64,000 nt of DNA from Macrostomum lignano (Eukaryota): contig NIVC01003786.1 of NCBI GenBank assembly GCA_002269645.1, positions 12,820 to 76,819 of the forward strand. The letters run 5' to 3'. Numbering within the stretch: position 1 is the first letter of the stretch; every line of letters starts with the position of its first letter. Under the pieces are notes generated by a model. The model was not told the origin of the DNA and ran no database searches. It saw only the letters and a list, made by a program, of their open reading frames with translations. Positions 1 through 12,769 of this stretch are shown piece after piece. Made by a program: the position numbers and the translations under genes.

Positions 1-3000
1 AGACTAGACAGGGGGTTTATTGGCGAGCGCCAACCTCAGACCAAGGGGTGTCTGCTACATTGCTAGAGTGTACATTCATCCGACCAGCATCCTATAGATA
101 GAAGGGACTAGAATGTACAGTAAACTTGAGGATGGAGGGTAAGAGTTAAGATAAGTGCGTGTCTAGAGCAGAAAGAATAGAAAAAGAATTCCTTTCCTCT
201 ATCGCTTAATAAACACATTCTTGTGAGTCCTTACCGCACCGTACCATCTTCTTAATAGTGTTTACGCGCCAGACGGTTTTGAGTGGGTTGGTTGTTCTGA
301 GGTTGACGGGCGGCGTATTGTGTACCCCCTACGCAAGGGTTGGGTTGAGTAACTTGAGTTTAGCAAGACTGAGCGGGGAACAGTAGCGTATGCTTCTATT
401 TATTCTGCCTTTCTTGCTTTTTCTTTCACGGATTAAAGAATTGAAATAGAGAAATTATTAGCTAGAAAATTAAGATTTCTCTCAGACTCAAAGCGCAAAG
501 AAAATCGAATGGGGTATTATAACTCTCTCGATTGATTGAAGAGGAATTCTTTCTCCAATGTCTTGCTTTGAGAATCGGGTTGTGGCTTCCAATTCAGAGT
601 TGCAGTACTAAGAAAGGTAGAAAATTTTTTTCAACAAACTAGAATTCAGGTCGTGGACTCGTGCAGTTGAATCTGGATCTTGAAGGCAATAACAGGCGCA
701 GAGGCTCCATTCGGTTGCTGTTGATATCGCTTTTTAAGGCTTTCTAAATGCAGAATTCCTTCGTCATTGTCATCGTCAATTAACATTGCAATTGTCAATT
801 AAACGCAAGTGTTAAATGTCTTTTCCATTTTGGTTGCTAACAATATTTTTTGCCAAGTTGCCAATGTCAAAAAGCTTCGGATTGCATCCAAAATCCAAAG
901 CAATGCATGAATTCATTTTTTGAAAGCGAAAATCTAATTTTAGCCCTATAGAAAAAAATATCATTTTGCTTTTCATACATTCGATGAGTTTGACAATGGG
1001 CCTTGGCTGCACTCTTCGACCCCGCCCTAACTCAAGTCATTCTTCTGGAATTGAACGCTCGAGCTCGTATCCTTGACAATCGGGATGTAAACGATATCTG
1101 GAGGCGACGGAGACTAATACTGGAGGGTCGAGTTGAGTGCAGAACAGAGTAGAGTCATGCAGCCCCCCTCCCCCAGCCTGCCACCCACGTGGCACGTGCT
1201 CTGCTGCCTGGCTTCTGTCCTTTCTCTCTCTGCATGGCGAATCGCTACAGCAATCGGCTGTCCCATAGGCCCATCTGTGCAGCTGGAGCCACGCCCACAC
1301 AAGCTATACGGGGATTAGGGATATGGTCACGAATTAGCGAGACGGCATGGGAACTACCCCGAACTCGGGAAGATGAGAAAGCTGGCATGGCTAAACGGGA
1401 TTTGGGCAAAGCAAGAAAATGGGAAATACAGGAGGCGGAGGCTCCATCCTGCATGCATCGCTGCTGCATGAGCTTATACCTGCCTCTCTTCAGTCCCGCA
1501 TCGCATAGCGTTTCTGTTAGCTGCTTACAGGCGGTCCCTGCATTTAAGCTGGTGCTCCATCATTTACGCCCACCCCCACCAGCATCCAGCATGCCGACAA
1601 TTGACTCCTGTTCCTTACATCCGCGTGTTAAGCCTCTCCATCAGCCTCCATGCATGCATGCAGCGCTTCGCTGTCCACTCTGCAGTGTCCACGGCGTCCT
1701 GTCAGTCTGTCTCTCTCTCTCTCCATCTCTCTGGCGCGAATGCGGCGAGCTAAGCTAAAAGTAGACTGGGGATTTCAGGGCAGATATCCGCATAGTTCTA
1801 ATGCTCTATCTATAGTATCCCATGTTGTTAACTTGGCGTTGGTATGCCAATGCATACTATACCACATCCCAGGGATCTCTCTCTCTCTCTCTCTCTCTCT
1901 CTGGGGGGAGAGGCTTATGGGCGAGGGCCATGCAGAGAAAAGGGGAATACGAAGAGAGATTAGGCCCGTGGCATATAGGGGATATGCAAGCACATCTCTA
2001 TACGGAGAAAATATAATGATTAATGTGCAGGATAGAGTTCTGAAAGCAATGGACCATTGTGTCTGTAGTTGGCGTAATGCTTTTTCTACCTGCACGTCCC
2101 TGTAAATTAATTTTCCTGTGTTTTTTCTTCAGCGAAACTACAGCATTGCAGATTGTATCGCGCAGAATCGAAGAAAGTACGAAAATTGAAAAAAAAATTG
2201 GCCAGAAAAATTCTTGTGGCCTGGAAACTTTTTTATACACTGCCAGTGGCATCAACTATGCGGGGAACTGCCGCGAACTGGATGTACTTTTAATTGGATT
2301 GGCTACACAGGCGAAACTGGGAGCGCCGGAATGAAAACAGACGTCAGCACGCCGGGATGAGGAAACCTATAGGGGTTACTGGGATGAATATTACATCCTC
2401 CTAATCCGGCCGCGGAATGCCCGCTGGTTGCCCAAATAAATCAACTTACACACGCACCGGGCACAGCGGCAGTTCAAAAGCAACTTATGCTCTCAGATAA
2501 AGTAGCTGGATGGAGTAAGAAAATATGCAGCAGCAGCTCCCTCCCTCCTCTTCCCAAATGTTGGAATATGAACGGAGAGTTTTATTAACCCATAACAGCT
2601 ACCCCAGCCCCTCCCGCCCGACCTTGCAAAGTTCCAGTTTGACTTTGGGAATATTGGGGTCGGGGATGTGGGGGAGGGATTTTATTGTCGCCCGCCAGGC
2701 AGCCATTCTGCTTTTGCAGGCATGGATCCTCTCTTGAAACTTCCATTGCAGGGACCCCCGCGCTACTGAGCTTAAACCGTTGCCTTTCTGATTCAAAAAG
2801 GAATGGCTAAACCAGTTATGGCTCTGATAGGGCTCTGCGGGGTGTCTTTGAGTTGACCTTGAGCCTGCTGGTTTGATCGGCAAGTAAAACTGATCAGCTT
2901 AGTCACGTGCGCCTGGGAATTCGATTTGTGAGCCACCTGCCTGGCGAAAAATGTCAAGTTGAACTTGAATTGAATGAGCTTACTTAAGACGAAAATGTCA

Positions 3001-3031
3001 AATTGTCAAATATCCAAACGGATCCAAAGCC

Positions 3032-3521
3032 ATTTTGAATCTATCTATGGGATGCTACTTTGAACTCTATGGGATGCCATTTTGATTCTATGGGATGCCA
3101 TTTTGATTCTATGGGATGCCATTTTGATTCTATGGGATACCATTTTTTTCTATGGGATGCCATTTTGATTCTATGGGATGCTACTTTAAACTCTATGGGA
3201 TGCCATTTTGATTCTATGGGATGCCATTTTGATTCTATGGGATGCCATCTTGATTCTATGGGAAGCCTTTTGATTCTATGGGATGCCATTTTGATTCTAT
3301 GGGATGCCATTTGAAATCTATGGGATGCTATTTTGAAATCTATGGGATGCCATCTTGATTCTATGGGAAGCCATTTTGATTCTATGGGTTGCCATTTTGT
3401 AATCTATGGGATGCCCTTTTGATTCTATGGGATGCCCTTTTGATTCTATGGGATGCCATTTTGAATCTATGGGATGCCATTTTGAATCTTTGGAATTGCC
3501 ATTTTGATTCTATGGGATGCC
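3032..3521. repeat. 21-bp minisatellite (TTTTGATTCTATGGGATGCCA), about 23 copies
   Basis: Direct reading; the repeat-derived ORFs show a 7-aa period. Confidence 0.95.
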
Positions 3522-4990
3522 GAACGACGATTTCTCATAATAAACAAAGTCAGTGGGTTACGCGATATAGAAGTTACACGATCAGCCCTGCAGCAGCTGT
3601 GAGTAAACAGCGCAATGTAATCTGTTTGGACTGCTCTCTAGCAGGTATATTTACAAATAATTCAACAATAGCGGGCATCGAGGCAGTTCGAAAAGCAAAA
3701 CACGATGGATATTTAAATAACAAGAAAGATAGAAAAAAACAACTTGTGGGAGCTCTGAAGTTCTGCTTTCCATAGCTGCAGTTATGTACAGATGGGAGAC
3801 GGGGAGTTGATGGACAGGTACTGAGGCTGCGCGCCAAGGTGTTCTGTGTACTTATCAACGCAATAGCTCAACTTTCTGACAGCCAATCAAAACAGCGCGC
3901 AATCGATGACGCTAACAATGAATGAATGCTACAGGGGTGGGTTAATTTTCTACGGATCAAAAAATACCAAAAAAGTGAACAGCTCTCAAGTTTAAAGCGA
4001 CAAATCTGCTTGTGCAATCGAAAAGAAGAGCCCTGAGAGAATGAGGGGGCGGGCAATGCAAGGAAATTTGTGCAAGGCTCCGGGAGAGGAAATGTCTGAA
4101 AACTAAGCCAAGGTCGTTCAGTTCGAGGCTGCAGGCTGGTAGAGAACGCGGTGGTTGTGAGGGTTAAGACTGCAAGCTATCAGATTCTGCTTCAAGGGCG
4201 GAGTCCGGATTCTGTGACAAATCTCGGAGGAGTTTTGCCCGGATGAAAAAAGCAGAAGAGGCAGTTCGCGTATTGAAGCAGATAACACGCGAGGCCGATA
4301 CTGAGAGTGGCAGAACTGCTTGCTGCTTTCCCAAAGAAACAAAGGACAGAGGGACAGAGTGTGTTAAGCCGGCAGAACTCTTGGACCTTTCCACATCTAG
4401 GCAAAATAATACGAACTGTGTAGCAAAGCGGAGAAAATAACAATTCACATTTATAATCAATAATAATAATAATATAATATGATCGACGCGAATCACCGGC
4501 GAAAAAGCGCTAATTAACAAGTGAAAAATTAATATATGGAGATGGCTGGGCAATTACTGGTACAGGTGAGAGAACTCCTTGACTTGATTTAAGCATTGAA
4601 TTAAATCAATTATTGTTATTATTGCACGAGAATGGAGAGGACAGTGAAATTGTACCTCAGAACTTAGGTTCCTGTGCCTGCAGTCTGTATGTACAGCAAA
4701 GTCGCAGAAGCAGTTAGATGAATTATTTTTAGGGCACAATGGTTCACAAAATATTGTTATGATGATGATACTCCCGTCGCATGGATAGCAAACAAGTGAA
4801 ACAATAATAACAATAATTGTACTGATAATATTGAGACGGCTGTCTCTGTCTTTCTCTGTCGTGTGTACCGAGATGACGCAAAGCCTGTTAAAAATAATAT
4901 AACAACTTATTATTAATTATACTGACAACAGAAACAAAACAAACGATCGCTTGTTAAAAGATGGCAACGAAAGAAACTCCATTAAAATCT

Positions 4991-6191
4991 TCACTGCTCA
5001 GCGGCGGTAGCAGAGGAGGCGGTGGCGGTCTCGATCTCGATCTCAAGGGCAGGCGGGGAGCTCGGCGCTTCCGGCCGAGTTGACTTCGCCTCAGAAGCGG
5101 CTGCGGCGGCGCTCAGCGCCAGTTTCAGGCTGTCCCGCTCCTCTTCCAGGCTGCGCAGCTCTTCTTTCTGTGCCGTGTACTTCATCCGGAGCCGGCGCAC
5201 GTCGGGCGAGCCCTGCTCCTCCAGCTGGCGCCGCATCTTGGCGGACTCGGCCTCCAGCTGCACAACACGGGAGGCCTGGCCGCGAAGCCGGTTGAGCTGC
5301 CCAACTAGACAGTCGATGTGATTCCTGTAGCCGGTTTTCACTTTCTCAACCATGGCCAGGAATTGCGGCGTGGCCTTCTCTGGTAGGTGGCCCTCGCCCC
5401 AGTCGGTGAGAGACTCCCAGTCTGCGGCAATCGTCTCTGCGAAGGAAAGGAAAAGTACATTTGAAATAGCTAGATTAGACAGCGGCAAGCAATATATAAT
5501 TGGGCCGGACTAGACAATGTACGCACGTGGTAGAAATCACGTGATGTGCGGAGCGGGGGCAGGAATTAGGATGGCTAGTGTACATTACAAAAGGCTGGAG
5601 TGGGGTTGGTGTCGGGTTAAGATAAGAGACGTACATTTAGGTGCGACGAAAAACTTTTATCGATCTTACTAATCGAATGAGCTTTTCTCTTCACTCACCT
5701 TCAATACTGGCGGCGTCCTCTTCCATCCGTTCAGCAGCTGCGGCAACCGCGGCGCTGACTGCGGCTGTGGCGGCTGCAGCCCCGGCCGGTGTGCAGACTT
5801 GCGAGGAGCTCCTGTTGACAGCGGCAGCGGGAGCTAGGCGCACATTCGGAGTGTAGTCTCGATGAGTCTGGCGCTGCTGCTGCTCAGTGTTGGCAACCGG
5901 AGAAGCCAGCTTCTTTGGGTAGTTGGAGCTGCTGCTGAGCAGTACAGCGCCGGCACCATTGTCGGCTCCCGGCCTCAGATGTGGAGGCGCCAGTTTGGCG
6001 CCGCTAAAATAAAATTAAATGATAAATATATATCGTTTTTTCTTTTTAAATACGGATGCTTCAGACAAGGCAGGACATAAGCAATTGCGTGGGTGTGCAG
6101 TTTGATGCTGCAGTAAATTGCAATTATTTTATTAACTAACCCAGTCGCGACGTCTGGCGGCAGTGGGACGACAAATTTCGAGACAGTAGTG

Positions 6192-6230
<39 letters not shown>

Positions 6231-7549
6231 AAGTCTGCCACAGGTTTAGCCTCAAGTTTGTAGCGCTTGGCAGGGTCTGGACAGCCGGAAATGACAGTAC
6301 CGGATGTTGACTGCTGCTGCTGAAAATTGAAAAATTGAATTGATGCCACTTCATGATTACGAGCGTAAACTTTGCTGTTGTGAGCTTGCTAAGGCAGTTG
6401 TTGCGAAAGTAATATTGCATAATATGCTTCAACGTAGCTAGTAGCTATGCTCACCTGGGGCCGCTTGCGATCAAATTTAGCCTTGACGCCGTCGAGCACT
6501 TTCTCCAGGCAGGCGCGCTCGCTGTCCGCCAAGCAACCGTCGGCGGCGGAGTCGGTCAGCCGCTTGTCCAACTGCAGGTAGAGCCGCCACTTGGTCGAGT
6601 CGAAGCCCCAGTGGCAGGTCTCCCGCTCCTGCCGGGTGTGCGCATGGCCAACGAACTGGGCAGGCGAGAGCAACGCCTGGCAGCCATTGGGCCCGTTGCA
6701 CAAGATGCACGGAGCGTCCGGACTGGTGTACAGGCGTGGTATGAGGAAGCCGCGCTGCTTCCCGAAGCAGGTGTGATAAACCCCGATGCCGTCCTCGTCC
6801 GTGGGGCTGCCGCGGAATTTCGGCAGCTCGCTGTTCAGCAAGGCTTTGCAAAGTCGTTCGGCGTTGGACTTGGTGATGAGGCCGCAGCTCTCCAGCACCG
6901 GGCCGAACACTTTTCGCTCCTTAAGAACGCTCATCTGCTGGCTGTTGCATCTGTCGCAGAAGATGTTGAGATCCTCGCACACTCGATTGATGTCAGTTAG
7001 GGTGGCGCCAGCGCATAGCAGCACTTTGTTGAGCACCTGCGGCAGGCACAGTCGCTTCTCGCCACCAACGTCGAATGCAAAAATTGACTTGCCTTCGAGC
7101 GTTGTCTCCACCAGTTCGCCTGTTAATTGGCTCGGCGGAGCTGGTGCAGCTGCCGGGCGATTGTGTTGACTAGGATGAACATGTCGATGGCTGCTCTCAG
7201 CTTCCGATGATTGCTGCCTGCCATTGCTGCTGCCTGGCAACGGGACCATAGACGAATGAGCGGCTGGCGGCTGACGAGAGTCGACACACGAAAACTGAGT
7301 TGTCGGCGAAGGTTGCGACGCACCTAATAGTCTGGCGTTGAGTATGCTTCCAGTTGGCGCCACAGTCTGCTGCGGCGGCAGACGGAGCTGAGGCATGGCG
7401 ATGCTGGGTAAGTAGTAGTTCGGAGTTGGCGGCATGCTGCCAGGTCTCATGGAGGCTGCCGCGGCGGCGTAACCCTGCATCGTCTGCAGCATGGACAGCG
7501 AGGCTGCCTGTGCGATTAGGTTGAAGCTGCCTGGGACCGATGAGTTCAT
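4991..7549 (-). CDS. SKI: Ski/Sno-family transcriptional co-repressor (Ski/SnoN-like), 4 exons, about 674 aa
   Basis: Exon 1 (7549-6455) encodes the Ski_Sno/DHD domain (ETTLEGKSIFAFDVGGEKRLCLPQVL...CGLITKSNAERLCKALL) and the SMAD4-binding SAND-like domain (FGKQRG...CILC...F VGHAH..ERETCHWGFDSTKWRLYL). Hand-built phase-consistent GT-AG model: 7549-6455, 6319-6141 (polyQ), 6003-5699 (contains TPNVRLAP, like the PNVALAP motif of Ski), 5436-4991 (coiled coil, TGA). Total 2025 nt. An in-frame TAA upstream of 7549 supports the ATG. Confidence 0.93.
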
Positions 7550-9764
7550 TATCAGTTTCTTCTGCTGGTCTTCTGACTCTTACAGTTACACAGTTCGTTT
7601 TCAAAATTAACGAACAAACAGCACTTGTTTCAGTTTTGAAAAAAGAAGCGGCAGCTCTTGGAAAGAGCTTTTAGAAAACAATTCAAAGGGGCAAAATAGT
7701 GGAGGACAAGGGCAGAAAATATGGGGAAGCGGATTAAAGGGCTGCGGGGGTTTTGCTATGACAGCGGGCCACTAAGCCTTATATGTTAAGCCCGTCTAGT
7801 CTCTCTTACCTTTAGATTTAGACTTCTCTCCTGACTTCAGGCCGCACAATACGCTCTGTAATATAAGCGTGCACTCGCCTAGACTTGTTGGGGGCGCTGG
7901 GGTGGGGTAAGTGGGGTGGGCGGTCTGGCCAGAGACGGGCAGAGAGGACTGGAATAGGGGTGGCTGATATTTTTGCCAGCCAGTTACGAGACAGACTGAG
8001 ATCGATGGCTTGGGGAAGGCGGGTGCAGTGTGGGTTGAGGCCCGCCGCCTGTCTGGAGAAGGCGCCGACAACAGACAGACAAGTGAATCTAGTTAGAAAA
8101 ATCCATGTATATTTTTGTTGTAATTTCGTGATTATTTCAGTGTTAAAGCAACAAAATGAATATCCAATGCTATCAGCTGGTAAGGTCACCTCAGCGCTAT
8201 GCTTTGGTAAACACAAATTTAGTTTCTTTTGCGTCATTTACTAATAATAGGCAAAAACGGCACATTTTTGTATGACTAATTGCCACAAGTGCTTATTACC
8301 ATAGATTGGCCTACTATAAGTAGAACTACACGGCCCAGTGTAGAAAATTAGCGATGGGACGATTCGGAGTTCGAGACTCGGCCAAAAGAACACATGGACA
8401 CATCACATGCCAGATAGCTTAGCCTATGCTTTTAATTAGCGTGCTGCGACTACAATTAGCATTTGACAATCATTAGGTTGCTGAACTTTCTACTTGTTTG
8501 CACCCCTGAGTCCTGGTGCGAAGCAAATCTTTATAATTGTGAACCGACAGACGACTGAAAATACGCCCTAGCCCTTGTTGATTTGTGCCTGTGCGGCTTA
8601 TCTAAATTTACATTGCAACCGAAGCTAACGAATTGAAATAATATGTGACTGCTAGCTGCGGTTCGTTTAACCTCGTCTAAACTTGGCTTTCCCTGGCTCT
8701 AATCGCTAAAGCCGCCAAAGCCAAGCCCAAACAAAGAGACGTTTAATGGGACAGAAAAAAGAAATGGGAGATTATATGTGCAAACAGATGTTCCAGCTGG
8801 GGCAAATGGGCTTCACGTAAGATCCTAGCTTAGCCTTCGAGCGTAAACCTGTGCACCCGCCTCTTTGCTTTATGCAGCAAAAACCGCAAGAAAGAAAACC
8901 AACTTGGGCCAATTACTGTCTAGTAAAAGAAGATAGTGCAATGCAAGCTTATACTTAGTGCTTTCGTGTTGTTTGTAATTTGAGTGACACACACTGAAAT
9001 ACGAAAAGCGGTATTAAAAGCTAGAAAATTTAGAGTGGAGCAGCCAATAAAGTCTGGAAGCTAACAAAACAAATACACATAAAAATGTTAAGACACGTTC
9101 TTTAAACGGTGAATAATAACAATAAATTTAGACACACGACGAGCATTTTTACTTGCACCCGGTCGCCTGACTGCTTTTGGCTAAACAAGCTCCGAACTTG
9201 TTTTCCCTCGAGTCTGGGGCTAAATCGATAGGATAGATAAATAATTCAACTGCAGCACTCAGCCAATTACCAAAAATAACAAGGGGTCTGTATTATTATA
9301 TTCGGAGCCCGCCGCTTTCCCTTATCAGGACAGGCCAAGCACAGTGAGGGTCTGCGCTTGCACCCATATCAGTGCCTGATAATATTGCAATAATACAACC
9401 AACCCCAACCGCCTCCAATTAAACTAAACTAATATGCTTTTTGGTGCTGAAAAAGCTAACATTGTATGCGTGCGCATTTTAAAATAATGTCATATTATCA
9501 AGTTTGTCAGAGCGGGCAATTACGACTTAGCTTGTGCAATGTACGAGCGTACACGGGCAGAAAATCTGTTCAAAACTGCATTGAACAATCCCTGGATGCC
9601 GTGTCTCTGTATAAAACGAACTCGTCTATTGAATACTAATAAGTAGTATCAGGAGTGTACGCACATGCGATGCTGAGCGGGTGAGGGTCCTTTCACTAAT
9701 CCGAATTTTCACCCGAATGTCGAAAGACGCTGTCTTTCATAAGCCAGAAATTTCAAGCCTGAAA

Positions 9765-9872
9765 TGAAATTTCGGGTTCGTGAAATTTCGGGTTCGTGAA
9801 ATTTCGGCTTTGTAAAATTTCGGGTTCGTTAAATTTCAGTTTCGTGAAATTTCGTGTCTATGAAAGCGCCAC
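9765..9872. repeat. 16-bp tandem repeat (GTGAAATTTCGGGTTC), possibly a MITE interior
   Basis: About 6 copies, flanked by degenerate inverted CTTTCATA..GAAATTTC motifs. Confidence 0.7.
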
Positions 9873-11114
9873 GCTGAGCGAAGTAAAGCGTTTCATTAGC
9901 TCGAAATTTTACAACTTTTATTCGCGAGCTCACGCATAACTCGCAATAACACGATGATGTACCCGCAAAAATTCGATCATTTGAAGTTACGAGCTTCTGA
10001 ATGCAACTCACTCGAGGCAAATACATGTAGCGACACAAAGTAATGAAAGGCAATAAAAAGAACTTCAACTTTCAATGGCTATGTCTGATATATCTCTCCC
10101 CCTGTTTGTAACCTTCATCGTGTCGTGTCTCCTCTCCTTTTCTCTCACCCTCTTCTTTTGCACCTTCACCCAGCTGGCATACCATACATGAACATGTACA
10201 TGTACGCCCAAATGTCAATACTGAAGCCTTGAAAGAATGCATATAAGGTAAGATACACGCTTTGCAGATAGAGTGAGGGAGATAGGCTTACTGACAGATG
10301 GACGCCGCTGACTTCCGAATATCCTCATTCCCGTTGTTCCCTTCAACTTTTCTGCCTATATTGTTCGAACAACACGTGCAAGGAGACATGCAGCGGGTTT
10401 GAAATTGGAATCCTGGATCCTAAGTGTGGCTTATTCTCTGAAAAAATAGCAAAAAGTGAAGCAGCTGCATATAGAAGCAGGAAAGTCCATCATGTCCTGC
10501 TCTCTTCTTTCCCCTAGAAGCAATTATTTCTTGTTTTCTTGGGTTAGATTTGGTGAAGTTTCAAAAAGTTGGTTAAAAAACGCTAACTGCACTGCTATTG
10601 AAAATGGTTTGCAGCAGTTCTGCTGCAAGTACTAGAAAAATCCCTATATGCACTTCAGTCTGTCAATGATGCATTGTTTTCGCTATTAACCTCGCTTTGA
10701 TCGAGTACAACGGCATAGTGCTTCTTGGCCAGAAACTTCATGACACTCATGAAGTTTCGAGCTTGTGAAGTTTCAAGCCTCGCTTTCTCTGATATGATCA
10801 ATATTTAAATTAGGTCGAAATCTGAGAAAAATAGCTAAATCACCTGACCTTTCCGTTAAATAGCCTTAAATTAAGTCTGCACGTGTTGGTTGGTATATGT
10901 TAACCTTGTAAACACGGTGTACACGTAAGCCTGCCTTCTTCTGGGCACATCAATAACGGTCACAACCACAAGAAAGGCTAAAGTGTGACATACATGAAAG
11001 CCCCAACCCGTGATCACAAAGATCACGTGGCAATTCACCTGCTCAGTTTAAAAAAAGGTCCTCCCGCTTTGTCCCCCCACCCCAGCTTGTGTCACGTTGT
11101 GGTAATCAATAATT

Positions 11115-11330
11115 TTTCTTCAGGGCGCTAAAATATAGCGCCTCCGGCGCCAAAATGAGTGCTTGCGGCGCCAAAATGAGTGCTTGCGGCGCCAAAATGA
11201 GTACCTGCGGCGCCAAAATGAGCGCTGACAACAAGCAAATAGAAATGTAGGAATTTAGTCATGTACATGTATACTTTGTTGAATTCTTGGTTTTGTCCCC
11301 CTCTACCATGAAATCCATGGCGCGACGCCC
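11115..11330 (+). repeat. Dispersed element with internal 21-bp GCGCCAAAATGAGTGCCTGCG array (copy 1)
   Basis: Same flanks (TTCAGGGCG.. / CATGTACATGTA..GAATTCTTG..CCATGGCG) as the inverted copy at 27488-27915. A partial copy sits at about 14395-14480. Confidence 0.8.
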
Positions 11331-11414
11331 TGCTTTCTTGTATATATAGAACAGGGGTCAAAGGCAAGGTGAAGAATCCAGCTCAAGGTTGTGGACTGGG
11401 TGAGATGAGAGAGG

Positions 11415-11602
11415 TCTTTACCCTGGGTCTTTACCCTCCTGAATCCGCCCCTGGTTTTTTACCCTCCAGAATCAGCCCCCTGGGTCTTTACCCTCCAGTA
11501 TCTGCTCCACTGGGTCTTTACCCTCCAGAATCCGCCCCCTAGGTCTTTACCCTCCAGAATCCGCCCCCTGCGTCTTTACCCTCCAGAATCCGCCCCTGGG
11601 TC
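11415..11602. repeat. About 28-bp tandem repeat (GGGTCTTTACCCTCCAGAATCCGCCCC)
   Basis: About 6 copies by direct reading. Confidence 0.85.
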
Positions 11603-12769
11603 TTACTAAGTTACTACATTTGTACTCCCGTTGTTGGCCCGCCACCACCTCACTTTCCTTCGCCGCCAGTTCCCCTATTTCTATTCTATTCGAAAGTTGG
11701 AACTTATGTGCAGTCTGTCTTCTAGAGTTTGTAAACAGCCACTTACACGATCAGTTCGTGTCTCATTACTAATTTGTCATTGAAGTTGGCAATTGAGGAA
11801 AGAAATTCCCCATTTTAGTGCACAAAACTTTTGTGGGAGAAACAATGAAGTTGCAATAAAGGTGCGGGCCGCATAGAAAGTCTGCGAGCCAACCTTGGGA
11901 CAGTATACCCCATTCAAGTGCAGAATTCAATATCGACAATCAGAAAAAAGGCTCGCCCAGATTGGGGTTGGGCGGAGACAGATCCCACGGTGCAGAGTGG
12001 ATGCTGCAGGTGCACAGTTGGGTATGCTTCGTCTGAACCAGGGACTGCTAAAACTTTTCTGTGTGGACTGGAAACCAGTCTGTAATAATCCCCTGAAGGT
12101 TTTTACACATAGAAGAAACTGGCAGACAAACCATGAGACCTGTTTCATTTCGTTCGGAAAAGCTACGATTAATGAAAGCTTGAAAAACGGCAAACCGATT
12201 TCTTTTTTGGAAAAAGTGCTACGTGAAACTTCTTTCAAGAAAATGCTTTATTTATTACGCAATGCATCTAGCTTTGCTGGATAAAACTTTTTAGCTGAAT
12301 TCGTCCGTGGAGATAGTGTAATTCGCACTTTTTTACCGGCTTATCGCTACATCTCTTCAGCGTAAAAGCAAAAAACGGGCCTTTCCCCTCTGTTCGCTTC
12401 CAGTCCAGTCCAGTGCTGGGTAGCGCTATAGGAGTCCTTGGTCCTCTAGCCTACCGAATGGCAAACGGACTGGCTGTTCGTTCGTCTTCTGCGGCCAAAA
12501 AGCCGAGGCGAGAGACCAATAATATTTTCCACTGGAGCCTCCGCGGTCCGCACTCTCCAATGGATGCGGTGCTGGACGTTCGGGTGGTTGACTGCAGGAG
12601 GTTTCCGGGTCAGAGAGGACGGAGGGGAGAAGGAGCGGAAGGGGAAGAGATAGATAAGGAAAGCATTGCTTCTCCCATCCCCAGGCCCAGAGGCACACGT
12701 GTAGCAGCATGTTAAAACCCCCCTCTTCCCAAATTTTCTAGGCAATGATTCACCCGCGCACCGGAGGAC

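Noticed and set aside
1-1300. Possible LTR or retroelement remnant and short ORFs at the window start
   Set aside because: No TG...CA pair, PBS or recognisable RT/IN/protease motif in the frames I translated; all ORFs are short.
3560-4450. Short ORF-like stretches (for example 4243-4440 MKKAEEAVRVLKQ...)
   Set aside because: Bounded by in-frame stops, with no recognisable domain and no consistent splice model.
8330-8400. B-box-like GTTCGAGAC suggesting a tRNA or SINE
   Set aside because: No cloverleaf or properly spaced A-box.
11895-12745. ORFs of 94-129 aa upstream of the SOGA-like gene
   Set aside because: No domain signal or coding-like composition; probably promoter or 5' UTR of the divergent ski/SOGA-like pair.
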